Shown here piece by piece: positions 9,289-17,944 of a stretch of 23,450 nucleotides of DNA (positions are counted from its first letter, which is position 1; each line of letters begins with the position of its first letter). A program made the position numbers and the translations under genes. The stretch lies in the IMG/VR virus record IMGVR_UViG_2541047903_000002. One strand, given 5' to 3'. Origin of the DNA: a virus (lineage: Duplodnaviria; Heunggongvirae; Uroviricota; Caudoviricetes). Under the pieces are notes generated by a model. That model made no database searches and was not told where the DNA came from. It saw only the letters and a list, made by a program, of their open reading frames with translations.

Positions 9289-9504
9289 ATGAGCAACCTA
9301 CGAAAATATCGAGAGTCACTGAATATCTCTCAAACAACACTTGCTAAGGCAGTTGGATGCACACAGGGAGCTATCGGACATTGGGAATCTGGTCGTCGCT
9401 TCCCAGACCTTAAAACATGCCGTGCTCTTGTTGCGTGCCTAAACAAGTTAGGCGCAAAAGTCAGTCTTGATGACGTGTTCCCGCCGGAACACAAAGCCGC
9501 TTAA
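9289..9504 (+). CDS. cro: Cro-type HTH repressor
   Basis: 71 aa MSNLRKYRESLNISQTTLAKAVGCTQGAIGHWESG...; the HTH (TQGAIGHW) is close to that of the adjacent repressor (TQGGIGHW). Confidence 0.8.
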   Translation: MSNLRKYRESLNISQTTLAKAVGCTQGAIGHWESGRRFPDLKTCRALVACLNKLGAKVSLDDVFPPEHKAA

Positions 9505-9514
9505 TAAGCGGATC

Positions 9515-9560
9515 CGCTCTTTGTAACAACGGACATTCGTCCTACGTCGCTGAAAAGCGA
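9515..9560 (+). promoter_or_regulatory. nutR: boxA CGCTCTTTG plus boxB hairpin TCGCUGAAAAGCGA
   Basis: Read directly; spacer between boxA and boxB is nearly identical to that of nutL. Confidence 0.6.
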
Positions 9561-9645
9561 GTTCCAAGATATCTGACCAACTAAGGCCATATGCGTTTCC
9601 ACGCATACCTTTCAACTAACTATTCACTATTGGAAATCTTAAGAA

Positions 9646-9942
9646 ATGGAAAGAACAAGTTACAGCAAACTATCACAGCGTGACGTTGATCGCGCAGAAA
9701 CAGATTTACTTATCAATCTGTCAGCTATTACCCAGCGCGGTCTGGCAAAGATGATTGGCTGTCATGAATCGAAGATAAGCAGAACGGACTGGAGATTTAT
9801 TGCTTCGGTCTTGTGTGCTTTCGGAATGGCATCAGACATCAGTCCGATTAGCAGGGCTTTTAAGTATGCGCTTGATGGACTCACCAATAAAAAACGCCCG
9901 GCGGCAACCGAGCGTTCTGAACAAATCCAGATGGAATTCTGA
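9646..9942 (+). CDS. cII: CII transcriptional activator
   Basis: C-terminus TNKKRPAATERSEQIQMEF matches lambda CII. Confidence 0.9.
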   Translation: MERTSYSKLSQRDVDRAETDLLINLSAITQRGLAKMIGCHESKISRTDWRFIASVLCAFGMASDISPISRAFKYALDGLTNKKRPAATERSEQIQMEF

Positions 9943-9963
9943 GGTCATTACTGGATCAATCCA
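9887..9963 (-). ncRNA. oop: oop-like antisense RNA
   Basis: Minus strand matches the lambda oop RNA as I recall it, including the terminator ...CGGUUGCCGCCGGGCGUUUUUUAUU; antisense to the cII 3' end. Confidence 0.55.
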
Positions 9964-9974
9964 CAGGAGTCATT

Positions 9975-10874
9975 ATGACAAATACAGCAAAAATACTCAA
10001 CTTCTGCAGAGGTAACTTTGCCAAACAGGAGCGTAATGTGGCAGATCTCGATGATGGTTACGCCAGACTATCAAATATGCTGCTTGAGGCTTATTCAGGC
10101 GCAGATCTGACCAAGCGACAGTTTAAAGTGCTGCTTGCCATTCTGCGTAAAACCTATGGATGGAATAAACCAATGGACAGAATCACCGATTCTCAACTTA
10201 GCGAGATTACAAAGTTACCCGTCAAACGGTGCAATGAAGCCAAGTTAGAACTCGTCAGAATGAATATTATCAAGCAGCAAGGCGGCATGTTTGGACCAAA
10301 TAAAAACATCTCAGAATGGTGTATCCCTCAAAACGAGGGAAAATCCCCTAAAACGAGGGATAAAACATCCCTCAAATTGGGGGATTGCTATCCCTCAAAA
10401 CAGGGGGACACAAAAGACACTATTACAAAAGAAAAAAGAAAAGATTATTCGTCAGAGAATTCTGGCGAATCCTCTGACCAGCCAGAAAACGACCTTTCTG
10501 TGGTGAAACCGGATGCTGCAATTCAGAGCGGCAGCAAGTGGGGGACAGCAGAAGACCTGACCGCCGCAGAATGGATGTTTGACATGGTGAAGACCATCGC
10601 GCCATCAGCCAGAAAACCGAATTTTGCAGGGTGGGCTAACGATATCCGCCTGATGCGTGAACGTGACGGACGTAACCATCGCGACATGTGTGTACTGTTC
10701 CGCTGGGCATGCCAGGACAACTTCTGGTCCGGTAACGTGCTGAGCCCGGCCAAACTCCGCGACAAGTGGACCCAGCTCGAAATCAACCGTAACAAGCAAC
10801 AGGCAGGTGTGACAGCCTGCAAACCAAAACTCGACCTGACAAACACTGACTGGATTTACGGGGTGGATTTATGA
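9975..10874 (+). CDS. O: Replication initiator O
   Basis: 299 aa, near-identical to lambda O from memory (MTNTAKILNF...). Confidence 0.95.
   Translation: MTNTAKILNFCRGNFAKQERNVADLDDGYARLSNMLLEAYSGADLTKRQFKVLLAILRKTYGWNKPMDRITDSQLSEITKLPVKRCNEAKLELVRMNIIKQQGGMFGPNKNISEWCIPQNEGKSPKTRDKTSLKLGDCYPSKQGDTKDTITKEKRKDYSSENSGESSDQPENDLSVVKPDAAIQSGSKWGTAEDLTAAEWMFDMVKTIAPSARKPNFAGWANDIRLMRERDGRNHRDMCVLFRWACQDNFWSGNVLSPAKLRDKWTQLEINRNKQQAGVTACKPKLDLTNTDWIYGVDL
10323..10455. repeat. ori-lambda: four iterons plus AT-rich region inside O
   Basis: Four tandem TCCCTCAAAACGAGGGA-like repeats followed by ACAAAAGAAAAAAGAAAAG. Confidence 0.85.
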
Positions 10875-11572
10875 AAAACATCGCCGCACAGATGGTTAAT
10901 TTTGACCGTGAGCAGATGCGTCGGATCGCCAACAACATGCCGGAACAGTACGACGAAAAGCCGCAGGTACAGCAGGTAGCGCAGATCATCAACGGTGTGT
11001 TCAGCCAGTTACTGGCAACTTTCCCGGCGAGTCTGGCTAACCGTGACCAGAACGAACTGAACGAAATCCGCCGCCAGTGGGTTCTGGCTTTCCGGGAAAA
11101 CGGGATCACCACAATGGAACAGGTTAACGCAGGAATGCGCGTAGCCCGTCGGCAGAATCGACCATTTCTGCCATCACCCGGGCAGTTTGTTGCATGGTGC
11201 CGGGAAGAAGCATCCGTTATCGCCGGACTGCCAAACGTCAGCGAGCTGGTTGATATGGTTTACGAGTATTGCCGGAAGCGAGGCCTGTATCCGGATGCAG
11301 AGTCTTATCCGTGGAAATCGAACGCGCACTACTGGCTGGTTACCAACCTGTACCAGAACATGCGGGCCAATGCGCTGACTGACGCGGAATTACGACGCAA
11401 GGCTGCCGATGAACTGACCTGTATGACAGCGCGAATTAACCGTGGTGAGACGATACCTGAACCAGTAAAACAACTTCCTGTCATGGGCGGCAGACCTCTA
11501 AATCGTGTTCAGGCGCTGGCGAAGATCGCAGAAATTAAAGCTAAGTTAGGACTGAAAGGAGCAAGTGTATGA
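10871..11572 (+). CDS. P: Replication protein P (DnaB helicase loader)
   Basis: 233 aa, near-identical to lambda P from memory; ATGA overlap with O. Confidence 0.95.
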   Translation: MKNIAAQMVNFDREQMRRIANNMPEQYDEKPQVQQVAQIINGVFSQLLATFPASLANRDQNELNEIRRQWVLAFRENGITTMEQVNAGMRVARRQNRPFLPSPGQFVAWCREEASVIAGLPNVSELVDMVYEYCRKRGLYPDAESYPWKSNAHYWLVTNLYQNMRANALTDAELRRKAADELTCMTARINRGETIPEPVKQLPVMGGRPLNRVQALAKIAEIKAKLGLKGASV

Positions 11573-11859
11573 CGGGCAAAGAGGCAATTATTCATTACCT
11601 GGGGACGCATAATAGCTTCTGTGCGCCGGACGTTGCCGCGCTAACAGGCGCAACAGTAACCAGCATAAATCAGGCCGCGGCTAAAATGGCACGGGCAGGT
11701 CTTCTGGTTATCGAAGGTAAGGTCTGGCGAACGGTGTATTACCGGTTTGCTACCAAGGAAGAACGGGAAGGAAAGATGAGCACGAACCTGATTTTTAAGG
11801 AGTGTCGCCAGAGTGCCACGATGAAACGGATATTGGCGGTATATGGAGTTAAAAGATGA
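11569..11859 (+). CDS. ren: Ren protein
   Basis: 96 aa MTGKEAIIHYLGTHNSFCAPDVAAL..., lambda Ren-like; ATGA overlap with P. Confidence 0.9.
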   Translation: MTGKEAIIHYLGTHNSFCAPDVAALTGATVTSINQAAAKMARAGLLVIEGKVWRTVYYRFATKEEREGKMSTNLIFKECRQSATMKRILAVYGVKR

Positions 11860-11884
11860 CCATCTACATCACTGAGCTAATAAC

Positions 11885-11916
11885 AGGCCTGCAGGTAATC
11901 GCAGGCCTTTTTATTT
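11885..11916 (+). terminator. Intrinsic terminator (tR2 equivalent)
   Basis: Hairpin AGGCCTGC-AGGTAATC-GCAGGCCT followed by TTTTTATTT between ren and ninB. Confidence 0.7.
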
Positions 11917-11932
11917 GGGGGAGAGGGAAGTC

Positions 11933-12373
11933 ATGAAAAAACTAACCTTTGAAATTCGATCTCCGGCACATCAGCAAAACGCTATTCACGCAGTACAGCA
12001 AATCCTTCCAGACCCAACCAAACCAATCGTAGTAACCATTCAGGAACGCAACCGCAGCTTAGACCAAAACAGGAAGCTATGGGCCTGCTTAGGTGACGTC
12101 TCTCGTCAGGTTGAATGGCATGGTCGCTGGCTGGATGCAGAAAGCTGGAAGTGTGTGTTTACCGCAGCATTAAAGCAGCAGGATGTTGTTCCTAACCTTG
12201 CCGGGAATGGCTTTGTGGTAATAGGCCAGTCAACCAGCAGGATGCGTGTAAGCGAATTTGCGGAGCTATTAGAGCTTATACAGGCATTCGGTACAGAGCG
12301 TGGCGTTAAGTGGTCAGACGAAGCGCGACTGGCTCTCGAATGGAAAGCGCGATGGGGAGATCGGGCTGCATGA
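11933..12373 (+). CDS. ninB: NinB recombination protein
   Basis: MKKLTFEIRSPAHQQNAIHAVQQILPDPTKP... matches lambda NinB from memory. Confidence 0.9.
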   Translation: MKKLTFEIRSPAHQQNAIHAVQQILPDPTKPIVVTIQERNRSLDQNRKLWACLGDVSRQVEWHGRWLDAESWKCVFTAALKQQDVVPNLAGNGFVVIGQSTSRMRVSEFAELLELIQAFGTERGVKWSDEARLALEWKARWGDRAA

Positions 12374-12897
12374 CTATCAAATCAAATACGCCAGCACACG
12401 ACAAGGACTGCTGGCAAACGCCGCTTTGGCTTTTTGATGCACTGGATATTGAGTTTGGATTCTGGCTGGATTCGGCAGCGAGCGACAAAAATGCTCTGTG
12501 CGCTCACTGGCTAACTGAGGACGACGACGCGCTCAATTCTGAGTGGGTAAGCCACGGTGCAATCTGGAATAACCCACCGTACAGCAATATCAGGCCGTGG
12601 GTGGAAAAAGCCGCTGAGCAGTGTATACAACAGCGACAGACGGTAGTGATGCTTGTGCCAGAGGATATGTCTGTCGGATGGTTCAGCAAGGCTCTGGAGA
12701 GTGTTGACGAAGTTCGTATTATCACTGATGGACGGATTAATTTTATCGAACCATCGACAGGGCTGGAGAAGAAGGGAAACAGCAAAGGCTCCATGCTGCT
12801 GATTTGGCGACCGTTCATCAGTCCTCGACGGATGTTTACTACCGTATCCAAAGCGGCATTGATGGCGATCGGGCAGGGCGTCAGGAGGGCTGCATGA
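12370..12897 (+). CDS. Phage-type DNA N6-adenine methyltransferase
   Basis: NPPY catalytic motif (WNNPPYS); ATGA overlaps with ninB upstream and ninE downstream. Confidence 0.8.
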   Translation: MTIKSNTPAHDKDCWQTPLWLFDALDIEFGFWLDSAASDKNALCAHWLTEDDDALNSEWVSHGAIWNNPPYSNIRPWVEKAAEQCIQQRQTVVMLVPEDMSVGWFSKALESVDEVRIITDGRINFIEPSTGLEKKGNSKGSMLLIWRPFISPRRMFTTVSKAALMAIGQGVRRAA

Positions 12898-13070
12898 GAC
12901 GACAGCGACGAAGCATCACCGACATAATCTGCGAAAACTGCAAATACCTTCCAACGAAACGCTCCAGAAATAAACGCAAGCTAATCCCAAAAGAATCTGA
13001 CGTAAAAACCTTCAATTACACAGCCCACCTGTGGGATATCCGGTGGCTAAGATATCGTGCGAGGAAATGA
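12894..13070 (+). CDS. ninE: NinE
   Basis: [29 protein letters not shown]... matches lambda NinE from memory. Confidence 0.85.
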   Translation: MRRQRRSITDIICENCKYLPTKRSRNKRKLIPKESDVKTFNYTAHLWDIRWLRYRARK

Positions 13071-13414
13071 CAATGGATTATTCACAGTTAAGTGATTTTG
13101 AAATTAACAGAATGGTAGGAGACATAATTTTTAAAGGCCTTTGGGCAAGTAAACCGGAAACATCAGGGAATAACACCAACAAATGGTATTACGGAAATGC
13201 TGATACAACTTTTGAGCCATTAAATCATTTGCCTGACTACTGCAATGATCCGAGCGCTTCATGGCCGATTATTGAGAAATACAGGATTTCTATCTTAGAC
13301 CAGTTAACTGAATGGTGTGTGGATGCAAAAGGCGTAAGCCCAATATTTGATACCAGACCTCTCCGCGCCGCCATGATTGTCTTTCTCCTGATGCAGGAGG
13401 CCAATAATGCTTAG
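13067..13414 (+). CDS. Nin-region protein of unknown function (possibly YbcO/NinX-like)
   Basis: 115 aa from an ATG overlapping the ninE stop; family assignment uncertain. Confidence 0.5.
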   Translation: MTMDYSQLSDFEINRMVGDIIFKGLWASKPETSGNNTNKWYYGNADTTFEPLNHLPDYCNDPSASWPIIEKYRISILDQLTEWCVDAKGVSPIFDTRPLRAAMIVFLLMQEANNA

Positions 13415-13601
13415 CCCATCTCAATCCCTTCAATACCTGAAAGAAAGCATAGAGCGGGCTTCAATGTGCACAGAGTGGATTCTATCTAGGTTTAGCGCAT
13501 ACAGAAGATTGCCGGTAAAGGGCATGCCAAGCAAGTCGATGCTGCATATGCAAAAGAATGCGCGCTGGAAGGTATGGCGAGAACACAGGTTATGTGGCTG
13601 A
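13407..13601 (+). CDS. Hypothetical small Nin-region protein
   Basis: 64 aa, ATG preceded by AGGAGG. Confidence 0.45.
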   Translation: MLSPSQSLQYLKESIERASMCTEWILSRFSAYRRLPVKGMPSKSMLHMQKNARWKVWREHRLCG

Positions 13602-13620
13602 AAGAGGGGGTTATTAAGGC

Positions 13621-13983
13621 GTGAATACCTACAGCATCACATTACCCTGGCCTCCGAGCAATAATCGCTATTACCGCCATAATCGCGGGCGCACGCACGT
13701 CAGCGCAGAGGGGCAGGCATACCGCGATAACGTCGCCCGAATCATTAAAAACGCAATGCTGGATATCGGCCTGGCTATGCCTGTGAAAATCCGCATTGAG
13801 TGCCACATGCCGGATCGCCGTCGCCGTGACCTGGATAATCTGCAAAAAGCCGCTTTTGACGCACTCACTAAAGCAGGTTTCTGGCTGGATGATGCTCAGG
13901 TCGTTGATTACCGCGTTGTGAAGATGCCTGTTACCAAAGGTGGGAGGCTGGAACTGACCATCACCGAAATGGGGAATGAATGA
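13621..13983 (+). CDS. rusA: RusA Holliday-junction resolvase
   Basis: 120 aa [37 protein letters not shown]... matches E. coli DLP12 RusA from memory. Confidence 0.9.
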   Translation: MNTYSITLPWPPSNNRYYRHNRGRTHVSAEGQAYRDNVARIIKNAMLDIGLAMPVKIRIECHMPDRRRRDLDNLQKAAFDALTKAGFWLDDAQVVDYRVVKMPVTKGGRLELTITEMGNE

Positions 13984-14120
13984 TGTTTGAGTTTAATATG
14001 GCAGAACTTCTTCGCCACCGCTGGGGGCGTCTGCGCTTATATCGTTTCCTCGGTTCTGTTTTGACCGATTACCGAATACTGAAGAATTACGCCAAAACCC
14101 TGACAGGAACAGGAGTATGA
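13980..14120 (+). CDS. Small 46-codon ORF overlapping the rusA stop (ylcG-like position)
   Basis: [46 protein letters not shown], translated by hand; below the ORF-track length cut-off. Confidence 0.4.
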   Translation: MMFEFNMAELLRHRWGRLRLYRFLGSVLTDYRILKNYAKTLTGTGV

Positions 14121-14205
14121 AGTCAGAGATAACAATCAACTAATACTGTTTTGTTGATTTTTGCTTGTAATTGGCGTTCTGGTCTGATTTTTGTGGAGTA
14201 AGTTG

Positions 14206-14589
14206 ATGCGTGATATTCAGATGGTTCTTGAGCGTTGGGGTGCGTGGGCGGCTAATAATCATGAAGATGTGACCTGGTCGTCCATTGCCGCCGGTTTTAA
14301 GGGATTAATTCCTTCAAAAGTAAAATCTCGCCCGCAATGTTGTGACGATGACGCGATGATCATTTGCGGGTGCATGGCCCGTCTGAAAAAGAACAACAGC
14401 GATTTACACGATTTATTAGTAGATTATTATGTATGTGGTATGACATTCATGTCACTGGCAAGTAAGCATTGCTGCTCGGATGGTTATATCGGGAAAAGGT
14501 TACAGAAGGCTGAGGGCATAATTGAAGGGATGTTAATGGCATTAGATATCCGGTTAGATATGGATATCGTTGCTAATAATTCTAATTGA
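14206..14589 (+). CDS. Q: Late-gene antiterminator Q (DLP12/phage-82 type)
   Basis: [24 protein letters not shown]... with Cys-rich zinc-binding region; position after rusA. Confidence 0.85.
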   Translation: MRDIQMVLERWGAWAANNHEDVTWSSIAAGFKGLIPSKVKSRPQCCDDDAMIICGCMARLKKNNSDLHDLLVDYYVCGMTFMSLASKHCCSDGYIGKRLQKAEGIIEGMLMALDIRLDMDIVANNSN

Positions 14590-14726
14590 TATGCAATTGT
14601 TTACTAAAAGTTATTAAAAATGGGGCGTGGAAACGCCCCCAAAATAAAGGGTAATATATAACAGAAGGTTTATATAGTAAGAAGCAAGGTAGTGCTTCTA
14701 AAGGAAGTGGCTTGAGGGCTCCACTT

Positions 14727-14767
14727 ATATGTTGCGGAGGCAAAGCCTCCCGCAACATATCTTTTTC
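14727..14767 (+). terminator. Strong intrinsic terminator between Q and the convergent porin gene
   Basis: 14-bp perfect stem ATATGTTGCGGAGG/CCTCCGCAACATAT, loop CAAAGC, then CTTTTT. Confidence 0.7.
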
Positions 14768-14777
14768 GTAAGTCAGA

Positions 14778-15860
14778 TTAGAACTGATAAACCAGACCTA
14801 CAGCGACGATGTCGTCGGTATCAATACCAGCTGTTTTGGTAAACTTACTATCGTCAATTAAGTTGATTTTGTAATCAACAAAAGTGGACATGTTTTTATT
14901 AAAGTAGTAAGTAGCACCGACATCGACATACTTGACTAAGTCTCGGTCACCATGAACACCAAGGTCTTTACCTTTTGACTGAAGGTAAGCAACAGATGGA
15001 CGCAGACCGAAGTCAAACTGATATTGTGCTACTGCTTCAAAGTTTTGTGCTTTGTTTGCAATATGGTTATTACCAAAAACGGTCATATTCTGAGTTTCAG
15101 AATATGTGGTAGCCAGATAGATATTGTTCGCATCATATTTCAGGCCTGCAGCCCATACTTCCGCATTTTTGCCGGAGGCATTGAATTTGCTCTTACCATA
15201 GGCGACCTGACCGTCAGTGCGATCTGATTTAGCATAGGTTGCACCCACGCCGAATCCTTCATACTCATAAGTAGTGGAGAAACCGAAACCATCACCATTG
15301 GCTTCAGTTACGTCAGTGCGGTCATTTTTACCCTGATACTGAGCAGCAAAGTTCAGGCCATCGACCAGACCAAAGAAGTCGTTGTTACGATAAGTTGCAA
15401 CACCAGTAGTGCGACCAGTCATGAACACATCTGTTTGGGTCCAGGTATCACCACCGAATTCTGGCAGAACGTCAGTCCACGCACCGATGTCGTATGCTAC
15501 ACCGTAGTTACGGCCGTAATCGATTGAGCCGTAATCACCAAATTTCAGGCCTGCAAATGCAAGACGGGTTTTGTCTTTGGAAGAACCTTGAGATTCAGCA
15601 CGGTTGCCTTTGAATTCATATTCCCACTGACCGAAACCAGTCAGTTGATCGTTGATTTGGGTTTCACCTTTGAAGCCAAGACGGGCATAAGTAGTATCAC
15701 CATCATCTGCATCATTAGAGGAGAAGTAGTGCTTGGCATTAACTTTCCCGTATAGATCCAGCTTGTTACTGTCTTTATTATAAATTTCAGCTGCCTGAGC
15801 AGACATCGCCATCAGTACTGATGCAGCTACAGCAGAAATTGCCACTGTTAATTTTTTCAT
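14778..15860 (-). CDS. nmpC: Outer-membrane porin of the OmpC/OmpF/NmpC family, apparently intact
   Basis: Signal peptide [23 protein letters not shown], porin-like beta-barrel sequence, C-terminal ...VGLVYQF. Confidence 0.9.
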   Translation of the reverse strand: MKKLTVAISAVAASVLMAMSAQAAEIYNKDSNKLDLYGKVNAKHYFSSNDADDGDTTYARLGFKGETQINDQLTGFGQWEYEFKGNRAESQGSSKDKTRLAFAGLKFGDYGSIDYGRNYGVAYDIGAWTDVLPEFGGDTWTQTDVFMTGRTTGVATYRNNDFFGLVDGLNFAAQYQGKNDRTDVTEANGDGFGFSTTYEYEGFGVGATYAKSDRTDGQVAYGKSKFNASGKNAEVWAAGLKYDANNIYLATTYSETQNMTVFGNNHIANKAQNFEAVAQYQFDFGLRPSVAYLQSKGKDLGVHGDRDLVKYVDVGATYYFNKNMSTFVDYKINLIDDSKFTKTAGIDTDDIVAVGLVYQF

Positions 15861-16287
15861 TGTACGCCCTTTTTTTGAACTTTTATTAAAAAATGATGTC
15901 ACTGCGCGATAAATATTCATCTAATCAATGTGATTATTTCAAGATGTAAGTTTTAGTTTCTCATTTAATTTGTGAAGTAGATCTCTATTTTTATCTGAAC
16001 CTTTTCTATCTAATCCTATTCATGGCTCTTGTCTGAACAAAAATAAATCTATTAGCTAATTTATATTAATGGCACTTATTTATAAGTGCTCTATAATTCT
16101 TTAGCTTAATTTAAACAAACTAAAAATAACATCGGAAATTATTAACTGGTTATTTGTTGAAGTTTTCTTATGCATTTGTGGTGGTGTTTTGAACACTCGG
16201 TGGCATTCTCACAAATATCATTTAGTAGTTTACGTACGTAAAAAATTGGTTATGCTGTTAAGAGTGGTTACTTCGTCACACAGCTTA

Positions 16288-16317
16288 AACCCGCCGTCGA
16301 GCGGGTTTTTCCATTTT
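16288..16317 (+). terminator. Plus-strand intrinsic terminator upstream of the holin gene (possible tR')
   Basis: Hairpin AACCCGC-CGTCGAG-GCGGGTT followed by TTTTCCATTTTTT. Confidence 0.55.
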
Positions 16318-16448
16318 TTGAGTCTCGATATTAGCTGATAACCCAATACCTGAGTTATTCACTGACTCCGAATCTGTTACGTTTCTGCCTTTATTGCGAT
16401 ACGTAGTATCCCCTTAATTTACACCCGCTTTGTCTGCGAGGTGGGGTT

Positions 16449-16664
16449 ATGAAATCCATGGATAAGTTAACAACGGGTGTCGCCTATGGTACCTCAGCAG
16501 GTAGTGCCGGGTACTGGTTTTTACAGTTGCTCGATAAAGTCACGCCCTCACAGTGGGCGGCAATAGGTGTGCTGGGTAGCCTGGTATTTGGCCTGCTGAC
16601 GTACCTGACAAACCTTTATTTCAAGATTAAAGAAGATAAGCGCAAGGCTGCGAGAGGTGAATAA
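16449..16664 (+). CDS. S: Class II holin (phage 21 S-type pinholin), dual-start motif MKSM
   Basis: 71 aa matching S21/EssD from memory. Confidence 0.9.
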
Positions 16665-17161
16665 TGCCTCCATCATTACGAAAAGCCGTTGCTGCTGCTA
16701 TTGGTGGCGGAGCAATTGCTATAGCATCAGTGTTAATCACTGGCCCAAGTGGTAACGATGGTCTGGAAGGTGTCAGCTACATACCATACAAAGATATTGT
16801 TGGTGTATGGACTGTATGTCACGGGCATACAGGAAAAGACATCATGCTCGGTAAAACGTATACCAAAGCAGAATGCAAAGCCCTCCTGAATAAAGACCTT
16901 GCCACGGTCGCCAGACAAATTAACCCGTACATCAAAGTCGATATACCGGAAACAATGCGCGGCGCTCTTTACTCATTCGTTTACAACGTGGGTGCTGGCA
17001 ATTTCAGAACATCGACGCTTCTTCGCAAAATAAACCAGGGCGATATCAAAGGCGCATGTGATCAGCTACGTCGCTGGACATATGCTGGCGGTAAGCAATG
17101 GAAAGGTCTCATGACTCGTCGTGAGATTGAGCGTGAAATCTGTTTGTGGGGTCAGCAATGA
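16664..17161 (+). CDS. R: SAR endolysin (lysozyme R, phage 21 type)
   Basis: Gly/Ala-rich N-terminal signal-anchor-release segment followed by a lysozyme domain. Confidence 0.9.
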   Translation: MPPSLRKAVAAAIGGGAIAIASVLITGPSGNDGLEGVSYIPYKDIVGVWTVCHGHTGKDIMLGKTYTKAECKALLNKDLATVARQINPYIKVDIPETMRGALYSFVYNVGAGNFRTSTLLRKINQGDIKGACDQLRRWTYAGGKQWKGLMTRREIEREICLWGQQ

Positions 17162-17619
17162 ACAGAGTAACCGCGATTATCTCCGCTCTGGTTATCTGCA
17201 TCATCGTCTGCCTGTCATGGGCTGTTAATCATTACCGTGATAACGCCATTACCTACAAAGCCCAGCGCGACAAAAATGCCAGAGAACTGACGCTGGCGAA
17301 CGCGGCAATTACTGACATACAGATGCGTCAGCGTGATGTTGCTGCGCTCGATGCAAAATACACGAAGGAGTTAGCTGATGCGAAAGCTGAAAATGATGCT
17401 CTGCGTGATGATGTTGCCGCTGGTCGTCGTCGGTTGCACATCAAAGCAGTCTGTCAGTCAGTGCGTGAAGCCACCACCGCCTCCGGCGTGGATAATGCAG
17501 CCTCCCCCCGACTGGCAGACACCGCTGAACGGGATTATTTCACCCTCAGAGAGAGGCTGATCACTATGCAAAAACAACTGGAAGGAACCCAGAAGTATAT
17601 TAATGAGCAGTGCAGATAG
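17158..17619 (+). CDS. Rz: Rz i-spanin
   Basis: N-terminal TM segment, coiled-coil-like body, ATGA overlap with R. Confidence 0.85.
   Translation: MNRVTAIISALVICIIVCLSWAVNHYRDNAITYKAQRDKNARELTLANAAITDIQMRQRDVAALDAKYTKELADAKAENDALRDDVAAGRRRLHIKAVCQSVREATTASGVDNAASPRLADTAERDYFTLRERLITMQKQLEGTQKYINEQCR
17378..17560 (+). CDS. Rz1: Rz1 o-spanin lipoprotein, embedded in Rz in another frame
   Basis: Lipobox VVGC followed by a proline-rich sequence. Confidence 0.8.
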   Translation: MRKLKMMLCVMMLPLVVVGCTSKQSVSQCVKPPPPPAWIMQPPPDWQTPLNGIISPSERG

Positions 17620-17650
17620 AGCTGCCCATATCGATGGGCAACTCATGCAA

Positions 17651-17944
17651 TTATTGTGAGCAATACACACGCGCTTCCAGCGGAGTATAAATGCCTAAAG
17701 TAATAAAACCGAGCAATCCATTTACGAATGTTTGCTGGGTTTCTGTTTTAACAACATTTTCTGCACCACCACAAATTTTTGCTGCATCGACAGTTTTCTT
17801 CTGCCCAATTCCCGAAACGAAGAAATGATGGGTGATGGTTTCCTTTGGTGTTACTGCTGTAGGTTTGTTTCCAACAGTAAACGTCTGTTGAGCACATCCT
17901 GTAATAAGCATTGCCAGAGCGGCAGAAAACAACATTTTTTTCAT
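17651..17944 (-). CDS. bor: Bor lipoprotein (serum-resistance, Iss-like)
   Basis: MKKMLFSAALAMLITGCAQQTFTV... matches lambda Bor from memory. Confidence 0.85.
   Translation of the reverse strand: MKKMLFSAALAMLITGCAQQTFTVGNKPTAVTPKETITHHFFVSGIGQKKTVDAAKICGGAENVVKTETQQTFVNGLLGFITLGIYTPLEARVYCSQ

Noticed and set aside
10323-10410. Tandem 17-19-bp repeats that could be mistaken for a small CRISPR array
   Set aside because: Only four copies, no regular unique spacers, and they lie inside the O gene exactly where lambda has its ori iterons.
10291-11378. ORFs 10291..10506, 10423..10605, 10523..10846, 10605..10799, 10783..11112 and 11187..11378
   Set aside because: Alternative or antisense frames within O and P, which are near-identical to the lambda proteins.
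12306-13070. ORFs 12306..12488 and 12504..12851 (minus), and the 5' extensions of 12310..12897 and 12804..13070
   Set aside because: Antisense to ninB and the methyltransferase; the extended starts overlap upstream genes, whereas in-frame ATGs at 12370 and 12894 give ATGA stop-start overlaps.
13642-13868. Minus-strand ORFs 13642..13845 and 13671..13868
   Set aside because: Antisense to rusA.
15861-16448. Search for a tRNA or other structured RNA gene between the porin and the holin
   Set aside because: Region is strongly AT-rich with no tRNA-like conserved stems or T-loop motif; only the terminator hairpin was found.
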